Of a DNA stretch of 64,000 nucleotides, positions 33,987 to 43,891 are shown one piece after another. Position 1 is the stretch's first letter, and every line of letters begins with the position of its first letter. Both the position numbers and the translations under genes were made by a program. The notes below the pieces were generated by a model. It worked only from the letters and a program-made list of their open reading frames with translations, was not told the origin of the DNA and did no database searches. This DNA is from Allobranchiibius huperziae (GTDB lineage: Bacteria; Actinomycetota; Actinomycetes; Actinomycetales; Dermatophilaceae), in assembly GCF_013410455.1 (NCBI RefSeq), contig NZ_JACCFW010000001.1, positions 324,929 through 388,928 on the forward strand, in the 5' to 3' direction.

Positions 33987-35507
33987 TCAGTCGAGCCCGG
34001 GGGCGACCAGTACATCGGTGGCTACGGGCAGGGCGGCGGCCCGGTCGGCTGGGACCAGCCCGATCCGGGTGCGGCGGTCGAGCAGGTCATCGACGTCGAG
34101 GGCACCCTCGTGGGTGACGCCGAAGGCCAGTTCCGCGCGGGTGACGAGTTGGCGCCCGTCGATCGGGGCGAGCAGGTCGGGGTCGTCGGTGAGCGACGGC
34201 GCCTCGGTGCCGTACTTGTGGACGAGCCGGGCGGGTGCGGCGAGCCGGTCGAGCACAGCGGGTGCGGCGGCGCCGACGAGCGGCAGGTCATGGGTGCGGC
34301 ACGGGCCCGCGACCAGTCGGCGCCCGCGGACAGCAGCGTTGACCGCGTCCTGGGCCATCCGGCGGTACGTCGTCAGCTTGCCGCCGATGACGGTCACCAC
34401 CCCGTCCGGCGAGGTGAGCACCGCGTGCCGCCGGGAGATGTCGGCGGTCGAGCCGCCGGCGTCCAGCAGCGGGCGCAGACCGGCGTAGGTGCCCACGACG
34501 TCGACTCGGGTCAGCGGTCGCGCGAGCACCCGGCTGAAGGTCTCGAGCAGGAAGTCGATCTCACCGTCGGTGGCGACCGGCACATCCGGCACGGGGCCGT
34601 CGGCGGCCTCGTCGGTGAGTCCGAGGTAGGTGCGGCCGTCCGGCTGCGGCAGCGAGAAGACGAAACGGCCCACGGAGCCGGGGACCGGCGCGTTGAGGAT
34701 GACTCCGCTCCCGCCGAGCGTCTCCGAGCGCAGGACGAGGTGGGTGCCGCGCGACGGCCGGAGGCTGACCCCTGGCACGAGGCCGCCGGCCCAGACACCG
34801 GTGGCGTTCACCACCGCCCGTGCCGTGATGTCGTACGCGGTGCCGGTCAGTTCGTCGCGCACCCGGGCTCCGTCGCCCGCCACGTCCAGGGCGCGGACGC
34901 GGGTCAGCACGCGGGCTCCACGACCTGCTGCGGTGCGTGCCAGCGCGATGACGAGCCGGGCGTCGTCCTCGATGCGGGCGTCCCAGGCGGTGATCCCACC
35001 CCGCACGTCGTGTCGGAGCGCGGGTGCGAGTTCGCGGGCGCGGGCGGCACCGACGCGGCCCGGCCGGGGCAGCAGGCCGCTCGGCGTACGGACGACCCGG
35101 CGCAGGACGTCACCCGCGACGAAACCGGCGCCGATGACCGCGGCGCTGCCGCGGGAGATGTCCGGGGTGAGCGGCACCAGCCACCGGGAGGGCCGCACGA
35201 GGTGGGGCGCTGTGCGGCGCAACAGGATCCCTCTCTCGGCCGCGCTCTCGTGGGCGGTGCCGACCTGGCCGTGGGCGAGATAGCGCAACCCACCGTGTGC
35301 CAGCTTCGAACTCCACCGCGACGTGCCGAACGCCAGGTCGTGTGCGTCGACGGCCACCACGCTCAGCCCCCTGGACGCCGCGTCGAGCGCCACACCGGCG
35401 CCGGTCGCGCCGAGTCCGATCACCAGGAGGTCGACCTGGCGCCCGTCGGTGGCCTCGGCGAGCTCACGCGCCCGACGGGGGCGGTTGAGGGCGGTGTCGC
35501 CGGACAT
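33987..35507 (-). CDS. glpD: FAD-dependent glycerol-3-phosphate dehydrogenase
   Basis: DLLVIGLGATGAGVALDAASRG FAD fold. DAO domain plus GlpD C-terminal domain. Confidence 0.85.
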   Translation of the reverse strand: MSGDTALNRPRRARELAEATDGRQVDLLVIGLGATGAGVALDAASRGLSVVAVDAHDLAFGTSRWSSKLAHGGLRYLAHGQVGTAHESAAERGILLRRTAPHLVRPSRWLVPLTPDISRGSAAVIGAGFVAGDVLRRVVRTPSGLLPRPGRVGAARARELAPALRHDVRGGITAWDARIEDDARLVIALARTAAGRGARVLTRVRALDVAGDGARVRDELTGTAYDITARAVVNATGVWAGGLVPGVSLRPSRGTHLVLRSETLGGSGVILNAPVPGSVGRFVFSLPQPDGRTYLGLTDEAADGPVPDVPVATDGEIDFLLETFSRVLARPLTRVDVVGTYAGLRPLLDAGGSTADISRRHAVLTSPDGVVTVIGGKLTTYRRMAQDAVNAAVRGRRLVAGPCRTHDLPLVGAAAPAVLDRLAAPARLVHKYGTEAPSLTDDPDLLAPIDGRQLVTRAELAFGVTHEGALDVDDLLDRRTRIGLVPADRAAALPVATDVLVAPGLD

Positions 35508-35610
35508 GGATGCCTTCCGAGAGTGCCCTTCGTGGGCAGATGCTGTCGAGTGGCTGAGAGCCTCGACGTTGCAATGTTACGGGTCAAAGCACTGTGTCAC
35601 ACTCTAGCCC

Positions 35611-37197
35611 ATGAGTGATCGGATGCACTGGTCCCGCTGGGGAGACCCGGCTCGCACGACGACCCTTCCCGCGAATGCCCTGGCAATGCTCGAGCTTGCG
35701 TTCGGGCCGCCCGCGCCACGGCCCGCCGTGGATCAGCAGACCGTGCAGCTTCCAGCCGTCGGACTGCCGGACGACGTCCTCGACGCCCTGCGGGACGCGA
35801 TCGGTGTCGAGCACGTCGACGCGGGCGTTGAGCCGCGGCTGCTGCATACGGGTGGCAAGTCCACCCCTGACCTGCTGGCCCTGCGCGGTGGCGACGCCGC
35901 AGCTGCCCCGGACGCGGTGCTGCGACCCGCCGACCACGACGAGGTGCAGGCGCTCGTGAGCTTCTGCTCCGAGCGTCGGATCGCCGTCGTGCCCTATGGC
36001 GGCGGCACCTCGGTCGTCGGCGGCCTCACCGCCTCGAGGGACGGGCTCGTCGCGGTGGTCGCGATCGATCTCGGCCGGCTCGACCGTCTGGTCGACGTGG
36101 ATGAGGTGTCCAGCACGGCGGTGCTGCAGGCCGGGGTCTCCGGGCCGCGCGCGGAGGAGCTGCTGGGCGAGCACGGGATGACCCTCGGCCACTTCCCCCA
36201 GTCGTTCGAGTTCGCGACCGTCGGCGGCTTCGCAGCGACCCGTTCGAGCGGCCAGTCCTCCTCGGGATACGGCAGATTCGACACGATGGTCGTCGGGCTC
36301 AAGGTCGCGACGCCGCTCGGCACCTGGGAGCTCGGCGTCGCGCCGGCGAGCGCCGCCGGGCCCGATCTGCGCCAGCTCGTGCTCGGCTCCGAGGGCACGC
36401 TCGGGATCGTCACCGAGGTGCGACTCGCCGTTCGGACGAAACCCGCGACCGCGGTCTACGAGACCTGGCGCTTCCCGACGTTCGTCGACGGGGCGACCGC
36501 GATGCGCACCCTGACCCAGGACGGCATCAACCCCACGGTGCTGCGGTTGTCCGACGAGACCGAGACGTCGTTGAATCTCGCGAAGCCGGAGAGCATCGGC
36601 GCCGATTCGGGTGGCGGTGCGCTGATGGTCTGTGGATACGAAGGCACGGACGGCCGGGTGGAGCGGATGCGCCGTGAGGTCGGCGAGGTGCTGCAGGGTC
36701 TGGGCGGCACCCCGCTCGGCGCCGAGGACGGCGAGCAGTGGGCCGAGGGCCGGTTCGACGCGCCCTACCTGCGCGACGCGCTGCTCGACGAGGGCGTCCT
36801 GGTCGAGACGCTGGAAACGGCGACGTTCTGGGGCGACCTCGACCGCCTGTACGCCGAGGTGAAGGCGGCGCTCGAGGGCGCGCTGAGCGCTCAGGGGACG
36901 AACCCGATCGTGCTGTGCCACATCTCGCACGTCTACCGCACGGGTGCCTCGCTCTACTTCACGGTGGCGTGCCGGGAGACGGACGACCCGCGCGCCCAGT
37001 GGTACGCCGCCAAGCAGGCCGCGTCCGACGCGATCGTCGCGGCCGGCGGGACGATCACCCATCATCACGCGGTCGGCCGGGACCACAGGCCCTGGTACGC
37101 CGAGGAGATCGGCCCCATCGGCACGGACGTGCTGCGCGCGGTCAAGCGGAGCGTCGACCCTGCAGGGGTCCTGAACCCGGGTGTACTGATCCCATGA
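35611..37197 (+). CDS. FAD-linked oxidase (alkyl-DHAP synthase / GlcD-like, PCMH fold)
   Basis: FAD-binding-4 domain (VVPYGGGTSVVGG) and FAD-oxidase C-terminal domain ending in HHHAVG. Confidence 0.8.
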   Translation: MSDRMHWSRWGDPARTTTLPANALAMLELAFGPPAPRPAVDQQTVQLPAVGLPDDVLDALRDAIGVEHVDAGVEPRLLHTGGKSTPDLLALRGGDAAAAPDAVLRPADHDEVQALVSFCSERRIAVVPYGGGTSVVGGLTASRDGLVAVVAIDLGRLDRLVDVDEVSSTAVLQAGVSGPRAEELLGEHGMTLGHFPQSFEFATVGGFAATRSSGQSSSGYGRFDTMVVGLKVATPLGTWELGVAPASAAGPDLRQLVLGSEGTLGIVTEVRLAVRTKPATAVYETWRFPTFVDGATAMRTLTQDGINPTVLRLSDETETSLNLAKPESIGADSGGGALMVCGYEGTDGRVERMRREVGEVLQGLGGTPLGAEDGEQWAEGRFDAPYLRDALLDEGVLVETLETATFWGDLDRLYAEVKAALEGALSAQGTNPIVLCHISHVYRTGASLYFTVACRETDDPRAQWYAAKQAASDAIVAAGGTITHHHAVGRDHRPWYAEEIGPIGTDVLRAVKRSVDPAGVLNPGVLIP

Positions 37198-38081
37198 CGC
37201 GGGCCTTCCATCTCCTCGTGAATCCGAACTCGGGAGCGGGACGCGGCGCCCGCATGGCTGCCGAGGTCGGTGCAGCCCTTCGGGCCCGGGGTGCCGAGGT
37301 GCGGTCCACAGTGAGTCCCGGCATCGAGGCGGCCGACGACCTGGTCGCCGACACCGGCGAGGGCGAGGTGTGCGTTGCGGTCGGTGGTGACGGGATGGTG
37401 AGCTCCGTGGCCGCCGCCGCGGTCCGTCACGGGGTCACGCTCGGGATCGCGCCCGCGGGCCGGGGGAACGACTTCGCCCGCCAACTGGGCATACCGAGGC
37501 ACGGGGAGCTGCTCGCGTCGCTTCTGCGCGACGGCGACGTGCGTCCCGTCGACGCGATCGGTGTGAGCGACAGGGTCGTGGTCGGCAGCGTCTACGCCGG
37601 TGTCGACTCCCTCGCGTCGCAGCTCGTGAACGAGATGAAGCGGGTGCCGGGAGCTCTGCAGTACCCGCTGGGGGCGCTCCGTGCGATGGCGACGTTCCCG
37701 GTCACGACGTACCGCGTCACGGTCGACGGCGCCGAGCACACCTTCGAGGGGTTCACCGTCGTGGCAGCCAATTCCGGCTACTACGGCAAGGGCATGCACA
37801 TCGCACCGGACGCCGACCCGCGCGACGGGCTGCTCGACGTCCTGCTCCTCGGAGCGGGCAGCCGGGCGAGCTTCATCCGCAAGCTGCCACAGGTCTACCG
37901 CGGCACCCACACCGCCAACGCGGAGATCGTCGTGCTGCGCGGGCGCGAGGTGCGTATAGAGGCCGATGGCGTCCAGGCGTACGCCGACGGCGACCCTCTC
38001 GCTCCGCTGCCGATCACGGCGACGGTACTGCCGGGCGCGCTGCGGATCATCTCGCCCGATCCTTCGGCCGTCACGCGCTGA
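37194..38081 (+). CDS. diacylglycerol-kinase-family lipid kinase (DagK/YegS-like)
   Basis: DAGK catalytic motif (GGDGMVSSV, GxGND). ATG overlaps the upstream stop. The N-terminal part of track ORF 36738..38081 is spurious. Confidence 0.8.
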   Translation: MTRAFHLLVNPNSGAGRGARMAAEVGAALRARGAEVRSTVSPGIEAADDLVADTGEGEVCVAVGGDGMVSSVAAAAVRHGVTLGIAPAGRGNDFARQLGIPRHGELLASLLRDGDVRPVDAIGVSDRVVVGSVYAGVDSLASQLVNEMKRVPGALQYPLGALRAMATFPVTTYRVTVDGAEHTFEGFTVVAANSGYYGKGMHIAPDADPRDGLLDVLLLGAGSRASFIRKLPQVYRGTHTANAEIVVLRGREVRIEADGVQAYADGDPLAPLPITATVLPGALRIISPDPSAVTR

Positions 38082-38096
38082 GCACGAAGCACGAAG

Positions 38097-38135
38097 AACG
38101 GCCCTGATCCGCGTTTCCGCAGTTCAGGGCCGTTC
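38097..38135. terminator. perfect 12-bp inverted repeat (GAACGGCCCTGA-N15-TCAGGGCCGTTC) between the convergent dagK and tRNA-Pro
   Basis: Read directly in the sequence. Likely a bidirectional terminator. Confidence 0.55.
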
Positions 38136-38142
38136 TGTGAGC

Positions 38143-38219
38143 TGGTCGGGGTGACAGGATTTGAACCTGCGGCCTCGTCGTCCCGAACGACGCGCGCTAC
38201 CAAGCTGCGCCACACCCCG
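38143..38219 (-). tRNA. tRNA-Pro (anticodon CGG), CCA encoded
   Basis: Reverse complement CGGGGTGTGGCGCAGCTTGGTAGCGCGCGTCGTTCGGGACGACGAGGCCGCAGGTTCAAATCCTGTCACCCCGACCA. Cloverleaf with anticodon loop tTCGGGa. Confidence 0.85.
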
Positions 38220-38338
38220 TGGCTGCTGCACCCGTCGTGCGGATCGCGCACGAGCCGGATGCAGCGCGGCATACGTTACCGGTAAGGCTCGCGCATCTCC
38301 CAATCGGTAGGCGCGTCAGGCGATGTGCGGCGCCGCGA

Positions 38339-39295
38339 TCAGAGCGTGCGGCCGGAGTCCCACGAGGCGGGCGCCAGGGTGAGCAGGGTGGCCTCGGGGC
38401 GGCAGGCGAAGCGCACCGGCGTGTACTTGTTGTGGCCGAGGCCGGCCGAGACCTCCAGCCAGGCCGCGTCGCAGGGCGCGATGGTGGACCGTTGGCCGTT
38501 GGCGCCGGGCCACCAGCGCGAGACCCCTTTGGCACGGCGCCGGTCCAGATCGCAGTTGGTGACCAGCGCGCCGTATCCCGGCACGCACAGCTGTCCGCCG
38601 TGGGTGTGCCCGGCGAGTAGTACGCGTGCCCCGTCGGCCGCCATGGCGTCCAGGACGTGCGTGTACGGCGCGTGCAGGACCCCCATGGTGAGATCGGCCG
38701 CGGGATCGGCAGGTCCGGCCACGGCGGGGTAGCGGTCGTAGCCCAGATGCGGGTCGTCGACCCCGACCAGCTCCAGGTCGAGACCGCGCACCGTGACGGA
38801 CCGGCGTGCGTTGGTCAGGTCGATCCATCCGCCGGAGGTGAAGCCCGCGACGAGCTCGCGCCACGGCAGTTCGTCGGCCTGCGACTCCGACCCCCGCGGA
38901 TGCGAGCGGTTGAAATAGAGGAGCGGGTTCTTTGCGGTCGGTGCGAAGTAGTCGTTGGAGCCGAGCACGAACGCGCCCGGAAGGTGCAGCAGCGGCTCCA
39001 TGGCGCGCAGCACGGCCGGCACTGCGTCGAGGTCGGAGCAGTTGTCGCCGGTGTTGACCACGAAGTCCGGCTCGAGGGAGGCCAGCCCGCGCACCCACGC
39101 GATGCGCCGCTCCTGGCGGGGGACGAGGTGCAGGTCGGAGACGTGCAGCACCCGCACCGGCGTGGCACCGGGGGGCAGCACCGGCAGCGTGGCGCGGCGG
39201 ACGGCGTACCAGTTGCGTTCGACGAGCGAGGCCCAGGCGAGCGCTCCCGCTCCGGCGGCGGTCGCCGCGGTGGCGGCGCGGGCGGCGGGATGCAT
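38339..39295 (-). CDS. calcineurin-like metallophosphoesterase (Mtb Rv3683-like)
   Basis: Motifs VSDLHL, GDN, GNHD-like, GHTHGG. Start taken at MHPAARA. The track ORF extends to 39517 across the divergent promoter. Confidence 0.8.
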   Translation of the reverse strand: MHPAARAATAATAAGAGALAWASLVERNWYAVRRATLPVLPPGATPVRVLHVSDLHLVPRQERRIAWVRGLASLEPDFVVNTGDNCSDLDAVPAVLRAMEPLLHLPGAFVLGSNDYFAPTAKNPLLYFNRSHPRGSESQADELPWRELVAGFTSGGWIDLTNARRSVTVRGLDLELVGVDDPHLGYDRYPAVAGPADPAADLTMGVLHAPYTHVLDAMAADGARVLLAGHTHGGQLCVPGYGALVTNCDLDRRRAKGVSRWWPGANGQRSTIAPCDAAWLEVSAGLGHNKYTPVRFACRPEATLLTLAPASWDSGRTL

Positions 39296-39338
39296 CCGCA
39301 CATCCTCACACGCGAGGGTGAGTGAAAGACTGCCCCGC

Positions 39339-39794
39339 ATGAGCCTCAAGGACACCCTGCAGACCGACCTCACCGCGGCGATGCGCGCCAAGGACACCGT
39401 GCGCACCCAGACCCTGCGGATGGCGCTGGCGGCAGTGCGCAACTCCGAGGTCAGTGGCGACACCAAGCACGAGCTGACCGACGACGAGGTGCTGGCGTGC
39501 GTGACCAAGGAGGCCAAGAAGCGGCGCGAGGCGGCGACGGCGTACGACGATGCCGGGCGGCCCGAGCTGGCCGACGCCGAGCGCGCCGAGCTGGCCGTCC
39601 TGGAGCACTACCTGCCGGCGCAGCTCAGCGACGAGGACCTGACCGCGATGATCCAGCAGGCGATCTCATCGACCGGCGCGTCCGGGATGTCCGGCATGGG
39701 CCAGGTCATGAAGGTCCTGCAGCCGCAGATCGCCGGCCGTGCGGACGGCAGCAAGGTCGCCGCCGCGGTGCGTCAGGCGCTCAGCGCGAGCTGA
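39339..39794 (+). CDS. GatB/YqeY-domain protein
   Basis: 151 aa with the YqeY pattern (TQTLRMALAAVRNSEV ... ELAVLEHYLP). Confidence 0.8.
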   Translation: MSLKDTLQTDLTAAMRAKDTVRTQTLRMALAAVRNSEVSGDTKHELTDDEVLACVTKEAKKRREAATAYDDAGRPELADAERAELAVLEHYLPAQLSDEDLTAMIQQAISSTGASGMSGMGQVMKVLQPQIAGRADGSKVAAAVRQALSAS

Positions 39795-39814
39795 GGCTCA
39801 CCCAGAGCTGGGGC

Positions 39815-42172
39815 TCAGCCCGAGCTGGGGTAGATGAAGATCGTCGTGCCCTGGCTGGCCGAGCCGCCGGACGCGGACATGGCGGTGATCTGACCCCGCG
39901 GCTGCGGACCGGGACGGTTGGGACCGACCTGGACATGGAAGCCGGCCGCCTGCAGGGTGGCGATCGCCGAGTTGATGTCCTGCCCCACGACGTTCGGCAC
40001 GGAGATCTGGGTCGAGGTCGATGAGGACGAGGGCGACGACGGGCCGGAGCTGGGTGTGTCGGTGCCCGTGTTCATGCCGGGCACCGTGGGGAACTGCTTG
40101 ATGGGCTGGCCCTTGAGGGCGGCGTCCATGATGTCCTTCCACATCGGGGCCGCGAGGTCGCCGGCGAAGATGTAGTGGCCGCTGCCGATCAACTGCCCGT
40201 TGATGGGGACGTTGCGGAGCGGCCGGTCGCTGCCCGAGCCGTGCCCGACCCACACCGCTGTGGCGAGCTGCGGGGTGTACCCGACGAACCAGATGTTGTT
40301 CGCTCCCGACACGGTCCCGGTCTTGCCGGCAGCCGGGCGGTTGTTCGCGAGCGCGGCCTTGTAACCGGTGGCCTTGTGGTCGTCCGGATTGAGCACGGCC
40401 CGGAAGATCTGGGTTGTCTCGGCCGCGACCTGCTGGGACATCACCCGCTTGCACTTGCCGACCGAGATGGCGAGCTTCTTGCCGTTGCCGTCGATCATGG
40501 AGTCGACCGGCCGTGGCGGGCAGTACATGCCGCCGGCGGCGGCCGTGGCGTAAGCACTCGCCAAGCCGATGGGCGAGGTCAGGCCCACGCCCAGCACGAC
40601 CGATGCGGGAGTGATCTGCAGGTCTTTGCGGTTCAGGCCGAGTTTGACCATCGTGTCGACGACGTTGCACATGCCGACGTCCTCGGTGAGCTTGGTGAAC
40701 GCCGTGTTGACCGACCAGGCGGTCGCGCGCGCGTACGTCATCTTCCCGGTCGGCACCACGAAGTCGTTACCGATGACGAACGAACCCCTGGCGTTCTGGT
40801 AGCACGGCCCTTGAAAGGCTGAGTACCTGAACGAGGTGCCGAGCTCGTTGTCGGCGTTCTTCGCGGTCTGCGGCGCCACGTCGATGGTCATGTCCGGCGA
40901 CGCATTGCGCTCCAGCGCCGTCACGATCTGGAAGAACTTCGTCGAGGATCCGAAGGTGAAGCCGCTGTTGGCGAGGTTGATGCCGGACTTCCCGAGGCCC
41001 GCAGTGGTGCTGTACGAGGTGTTCTGTCCGGTCGCGATGATCTGCCCGGTGCCCGGCTTGATCATCGCGGCGGCGTCGTTGATGCCGTACTTGTTGTTCG
41101 AGGGCACCCGGGCGCGCAGCTTCGCGTCGAGGATCGCGGCCATTTTGGGCTGGAACGACGTCTTGATGGTGAGTCCGCCGCTCTCCAGCGCTGCCTGGCG
41201 TGCCTTGACGGTCTTGCCGAGGGAGGGTTGCTGGCTCAGCCAGTTCTCGACGTAGTTGCAGAAGTAGGGGTACTTCGAGGACGCGCAGTTGCCGCTGACG
41301 TTCTTCAGCTTCAGCGAGATCGGGGAGACCGACGCGTCGGAGTACTGCTTGAAGGTGATGATCTTCTGCTGGTACATCTTCTGCAGCACGATGTTGCGCC
41401 GCGCCTTGGAGTCGTTGGGGTTGTTCACCGGGTCGTAGGCGGTCGGCTGGTTGACCACGCCGGCGAGCAGGGCAGCCTGCGGCAGGTTCAGCTTCGAGGC
41501 GGGCACGCTGAAGTAGTGCTCCGCAGCGGCCTCGATGCCGTACTGCTGGTCGCCGTAGTAGACCAGGTTGAGGTAGCCGTCGAGGATCTGATCCTTGCTG
41601 TACTTCTGCTCGAGCGCGGTGGCGTACTTGAGCTCCTGCAGCTTGCGGACGTAGCCCTGCAGCCCCTCGCGCGCCACGGCGTTCCTTGCGGCCGTGGTGT
41701 TGCCGGAGCTGAGCGCCTCGTTCTGCAACGACACCTTCACGTACTGCTGGGTGAGGGTGGATGCTCCCTGGACGCCGCCGCCCTGCGCGTTGCTGGTGAG
41801 CGCACGCAGCAGGCCCTTGGGGTCGATGCCGCCGTGCTGGAAGAACCGCTCGTCCTCGATCGCCACCTGCGCCTTCTGCATGATCGGCGCGACCTTGTTC
41901 AGCGGCACCACGATGCGGTTCTCGTTGAACGGCGTGGCGATGGTCGACCCGTCCGCCGCGAGGATCCGCGATTGCTGCGCCAGCGGGTTCATCGCGAACG
42001 TCGAGGGCAGGCCGTTGAAGAGGTCGATGCTCTTGTTGGTGGCGAGACCGGCCCCGCCGACGGCGGGGATCAGCAGACCGGCGGCGAGCAGGCCCATCAC
42101 CATCGCGGTGGCGAGCAGGGCGATGAGCAGGGAGAGCACGGAGCCGAGCCGGCGGGTGGCACGCATGGGCAT
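39815..42172 (-). CDS. ponA: class A penicillin-binding protein (transglycosylase, transpeptidase, C-terminal PASTA)
   Basis: GT51 motifs (EDERFFQHGGID, RKLQE), transpeptidase STK / SxN / KTGT, and a PASTA domain at the C-terminus. Start taken at MPMRATRR. Confidence 0.9.
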   Translation of the reverse strand: MPMRATRRLGSVLSLLIALLATAMVMGLLAAGLLIPAVGGAGLATNKSIDLFNGLPSTFAMNPLAQQSRILAADGSTIATPFNENRIVVPLNKVAPIMQKAQVAIEDERFFQHGGIDPKGLLRALTSNAQGGGVQGASTLTQQYVKVSLQNEALSSGNTTAARNAVAREGLQGYVRKLQELKYATALEQKYSKDQILDGYLNLVYYGDQQYGIEAAAEHYFSVPASKLNLPQAALLAGVVNQPTAYDPVNNPNDSKARRNIVLQKMYQQKIITFKQYSDASVSPISLKLKNVSGNCASSKYPYFCNYVENWLSQQPSLGKTVKARQAALESGGLTIKTSFQPKMAAILDAKLRARVPSNNKYGINDAAAMIKPGTGQIIATGQNTSYSTTAGLGKSGINLANSGFTFGSSTKFFQIVTALERNASPDMTIDVAPQTAKNADNELGTSFRYSAFQGPCYQNARGSFVIGNDFVVPTGKMTYARATAWSVNTAFTKLTEDVGMCNVVDTMVKLGLNRKDLQITPASVVLGVGLTSPIGLASAYATAAAGGMYCPPRPVDSMIDGNGKKLAISVGKCKRVMSQQVAAETTQIFRAVLNPDDHKATGYKAALANNRPAAGKTGTVSGANNIWFVGYTPQLATAVWVGHGSGSDRPLRNVPINGQLIGSGHYIFAGDLAAPMWKDIMDAALKGQPIKQFPTVPGMNTGTDTPSSGPSSPSSSSTSTQISVPNVVGQDINSAIATLQAAGFHVQVGPNRPGPQPRGQITAMSASGGSASQGTTIFIYPSSG

Positions 42173-42247
42173 GAGGGTAACCAGGTCGACTGTGGGAGGC
42201 CCTGATGCCGCGCTGATCCGTGAGCGAGGGCGTTGTAACTTACCCAA

Positions 42248-42384
42248 TCGTCGGTACAGTTGAAATAGTTATAAAGAGCTAGGTTTAAATGGTTCTTGGT
42301 AGGCCTACCGGATCAATTACCATTTATTTACCCTTCTGACACAACTTAGGGGAAAGCACCACACGATGGGGAAGGACTCGCTCG
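42248..42384. promoter_or_regulatory. AT-rich (about 40% GC) leader/promoter region upstream of whiB containing the perfect palindrome GGTAGGCCTACC (42298-42309)
   Basis: The base composition contrasts sharply with the flanking ~70% GC sequence. The 12-bp palindrome was read directly. Confidence 0.5.
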
Positions 42385-42687
42385 ATGACTGCAGTTGCTC
42401 CGGAGCAGACCGGCTGGGATCAGAGCTGGGCGGCACGTGCCGCGTGTCGTGGGGGAGCTCCGGACGAACTCTTCGCCAGGGGTGCGGCCCAGCAGAGCGC
42501 CAAGCTGGTCTGTCAGGGCTGTCCCGTCGTGGCCGAGTGCCTGGCCGACGCGTTGGACAACCGCACCGAGTACGGCGTGTGGGGCGGTATGACCGAGCGT
42601 GAGCGCCGTGCGCTGCTGCGCCGGCGACCGGACGTGCAGTCCTGGACCGCGCTCTTCAAGGCGGCCCGCGCCCGCGAGAACGCCTGA
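42385..42687 (+). CDS. whiB: WhiB-family (Wbl) Fe-S transcription factor, WhiB4-like by synteny
   Basis: Four Cys (C-x(n)-CxxC-x5-C: AACRGG ... CQGCPVVAEC) and the GVWGG turn. 100 aa. Adjacent to ponA and the ArsA-like pair, as in Mtb Rv3681c. Confidence 0.85.
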   Translation: MTAVAPEQTGWDQSWAARAACRGGAPDELFARGAAQQSAKLVCQGCPVVAECLADALDNRTEYGVWGGMTERERRALLRRRPDVQSWTALFKAARARENA

Positions 42688-42724
42688 CCGACGCAGGACG
42701 CGCTCCGCGCCCGAACGGCGCCGG

Positions 42725-43891
42725 CTAGCCACCGCTGAGCGCCGCGCCGATCTCCCGGAGCTGGTCGACGTCGTTCACGTCGCTGCCGGATGTCGGCACG
42801 TGGACCTGGGGAATGTCCTCGTGAGCGGCAGTGAACCGCGCGACCGCTGCACGGTGTCGCGCCGCCTGGTCGGCAGCCTCCGCGTGCACCTGCAGCAGGG
42901 CCGCGGTGTCCGCCGGCCGCCATCCCTCGGCCCGGGCCGGTAGTTCCCGAATGGCCTGCGCCGTCTCCGTCGCCCGCGCCGCGGACAGCGACGGGATGGT
43001 GATCGGCTGCAACCGGTTGACCACGAGCCCGGCCAGCGGCATCCCCTCCGACGCGAGGCGATCCACGAAGAACGACGCCTCGCGCAGGGCGTCCCGCTCG
43101 GGGGACGCGACGACGAGGAACGCCGTGCTCGCATCGCTGAGCGCCGCGTACGTCACCTCGGCACGCTCCCGGAAACCGCCGAACATGGTGTCCAGCGCCG
43201 CGATGAACGTCTGCGCGTCCTTCAGCATCTGCGCGCCCAGGATCTTCGACATCACCCCGGTGACACCGCTCACCCCCACCGACACGACCTTCAGGTACGC
43301 CCGGCCGCCCACCTTGGCGGGTGCGGTCATCAACCGGATGAACCGCCCGTCGAGGAAGGAGCCGAGCTTCTTGGGTGCGTCCAGGAAGTCCATGGCCGAC
43401 CGCGAGGGAGGGGTGTCCACGACGATCAGGTCCCACCGCCGGTCGCCGTCGACCATCTCCTGCTGCAGCTGACCCAGCCGCTCCATCGCCATGTACTCCT
43501 GGGTGCCGGCGAACGAGCTGGACACGGCCTCGTAGAACGGGTTGGCCATGATCGCGGCGGCCTTCTCCGGCGTGGAGTGCGACATCACGACCTCGTCGAA
43601 GGTCCGCTTCATGTCCAGCATCATCGCGTCGAGCGACCCACCGGCCGAGGCGTCGATGGTGTGCACGGGCGCGGGGTCGTTGTCCAGATGCTCCAGGCCG
43701 AGCGCCTGCGCCAGGCGGCGCGCGGGATCGATGGTGAGGACGACGACCGACCGGCCGGCCTCCGCGGCACGGATCGCCACGGCGGCCGCGGTCGTGGTCT
43801 TGCCCACGCCTCCGGACCCGCAGCAGATCACGGTGCGAATCGTCGGGTCGTCGATCAGGTCGTCGACGTCCAGCTTCGGAGTCGTCATCAC
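42725..43891 (-). CDS. ArsA/GET3-family anion-transporting ATPase homolog (Mtb Rv3680-like)
   Basis: P-loop CCGSGGVGKTT and ArsA-family signature region. 388 aa. Confidence 0.8.
   Translation of the reverse strand: MMTTPKLDVDDLIDDPTIRTVICCGSGGVGKTTTAAAVAIRAAEAGRSVVVLTIDPARRLAQALGLEHLDNDPAPVHTIDASAGGSLDAMMLDMKRTFDEVVMSHSTPEKAAAIMANPFYEAVSSSFAGTQEYMAMERLGQLQQEMVDGDRRWDLIVVDTPPSRSAMDFLDAPKKLGSFLDGRFIRLMTAPAKVGGRAYLKVVSVGVSGVTGVMSKILGAQMLKDAQTFIAALDTMFGGFRERAEVTYAALSDASTAFLVVASPERDALREASFFVDRLASEGMPLAGLVVNRLQPITIPSLSAARATETAQAIRELPARAEGWRPADTAALLQVHAEAADQAARHRAAVARFTAAHEDIPQVHVPTSGSDVNDVDQLREIGAALSGG

Noticed and set aside
36738-37193. Upstream part of track ORF 36738..38081
   Set aside because: Out of frame with and overlapping the FAD-linked oxidase. 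dagK begins at ATG 37194.
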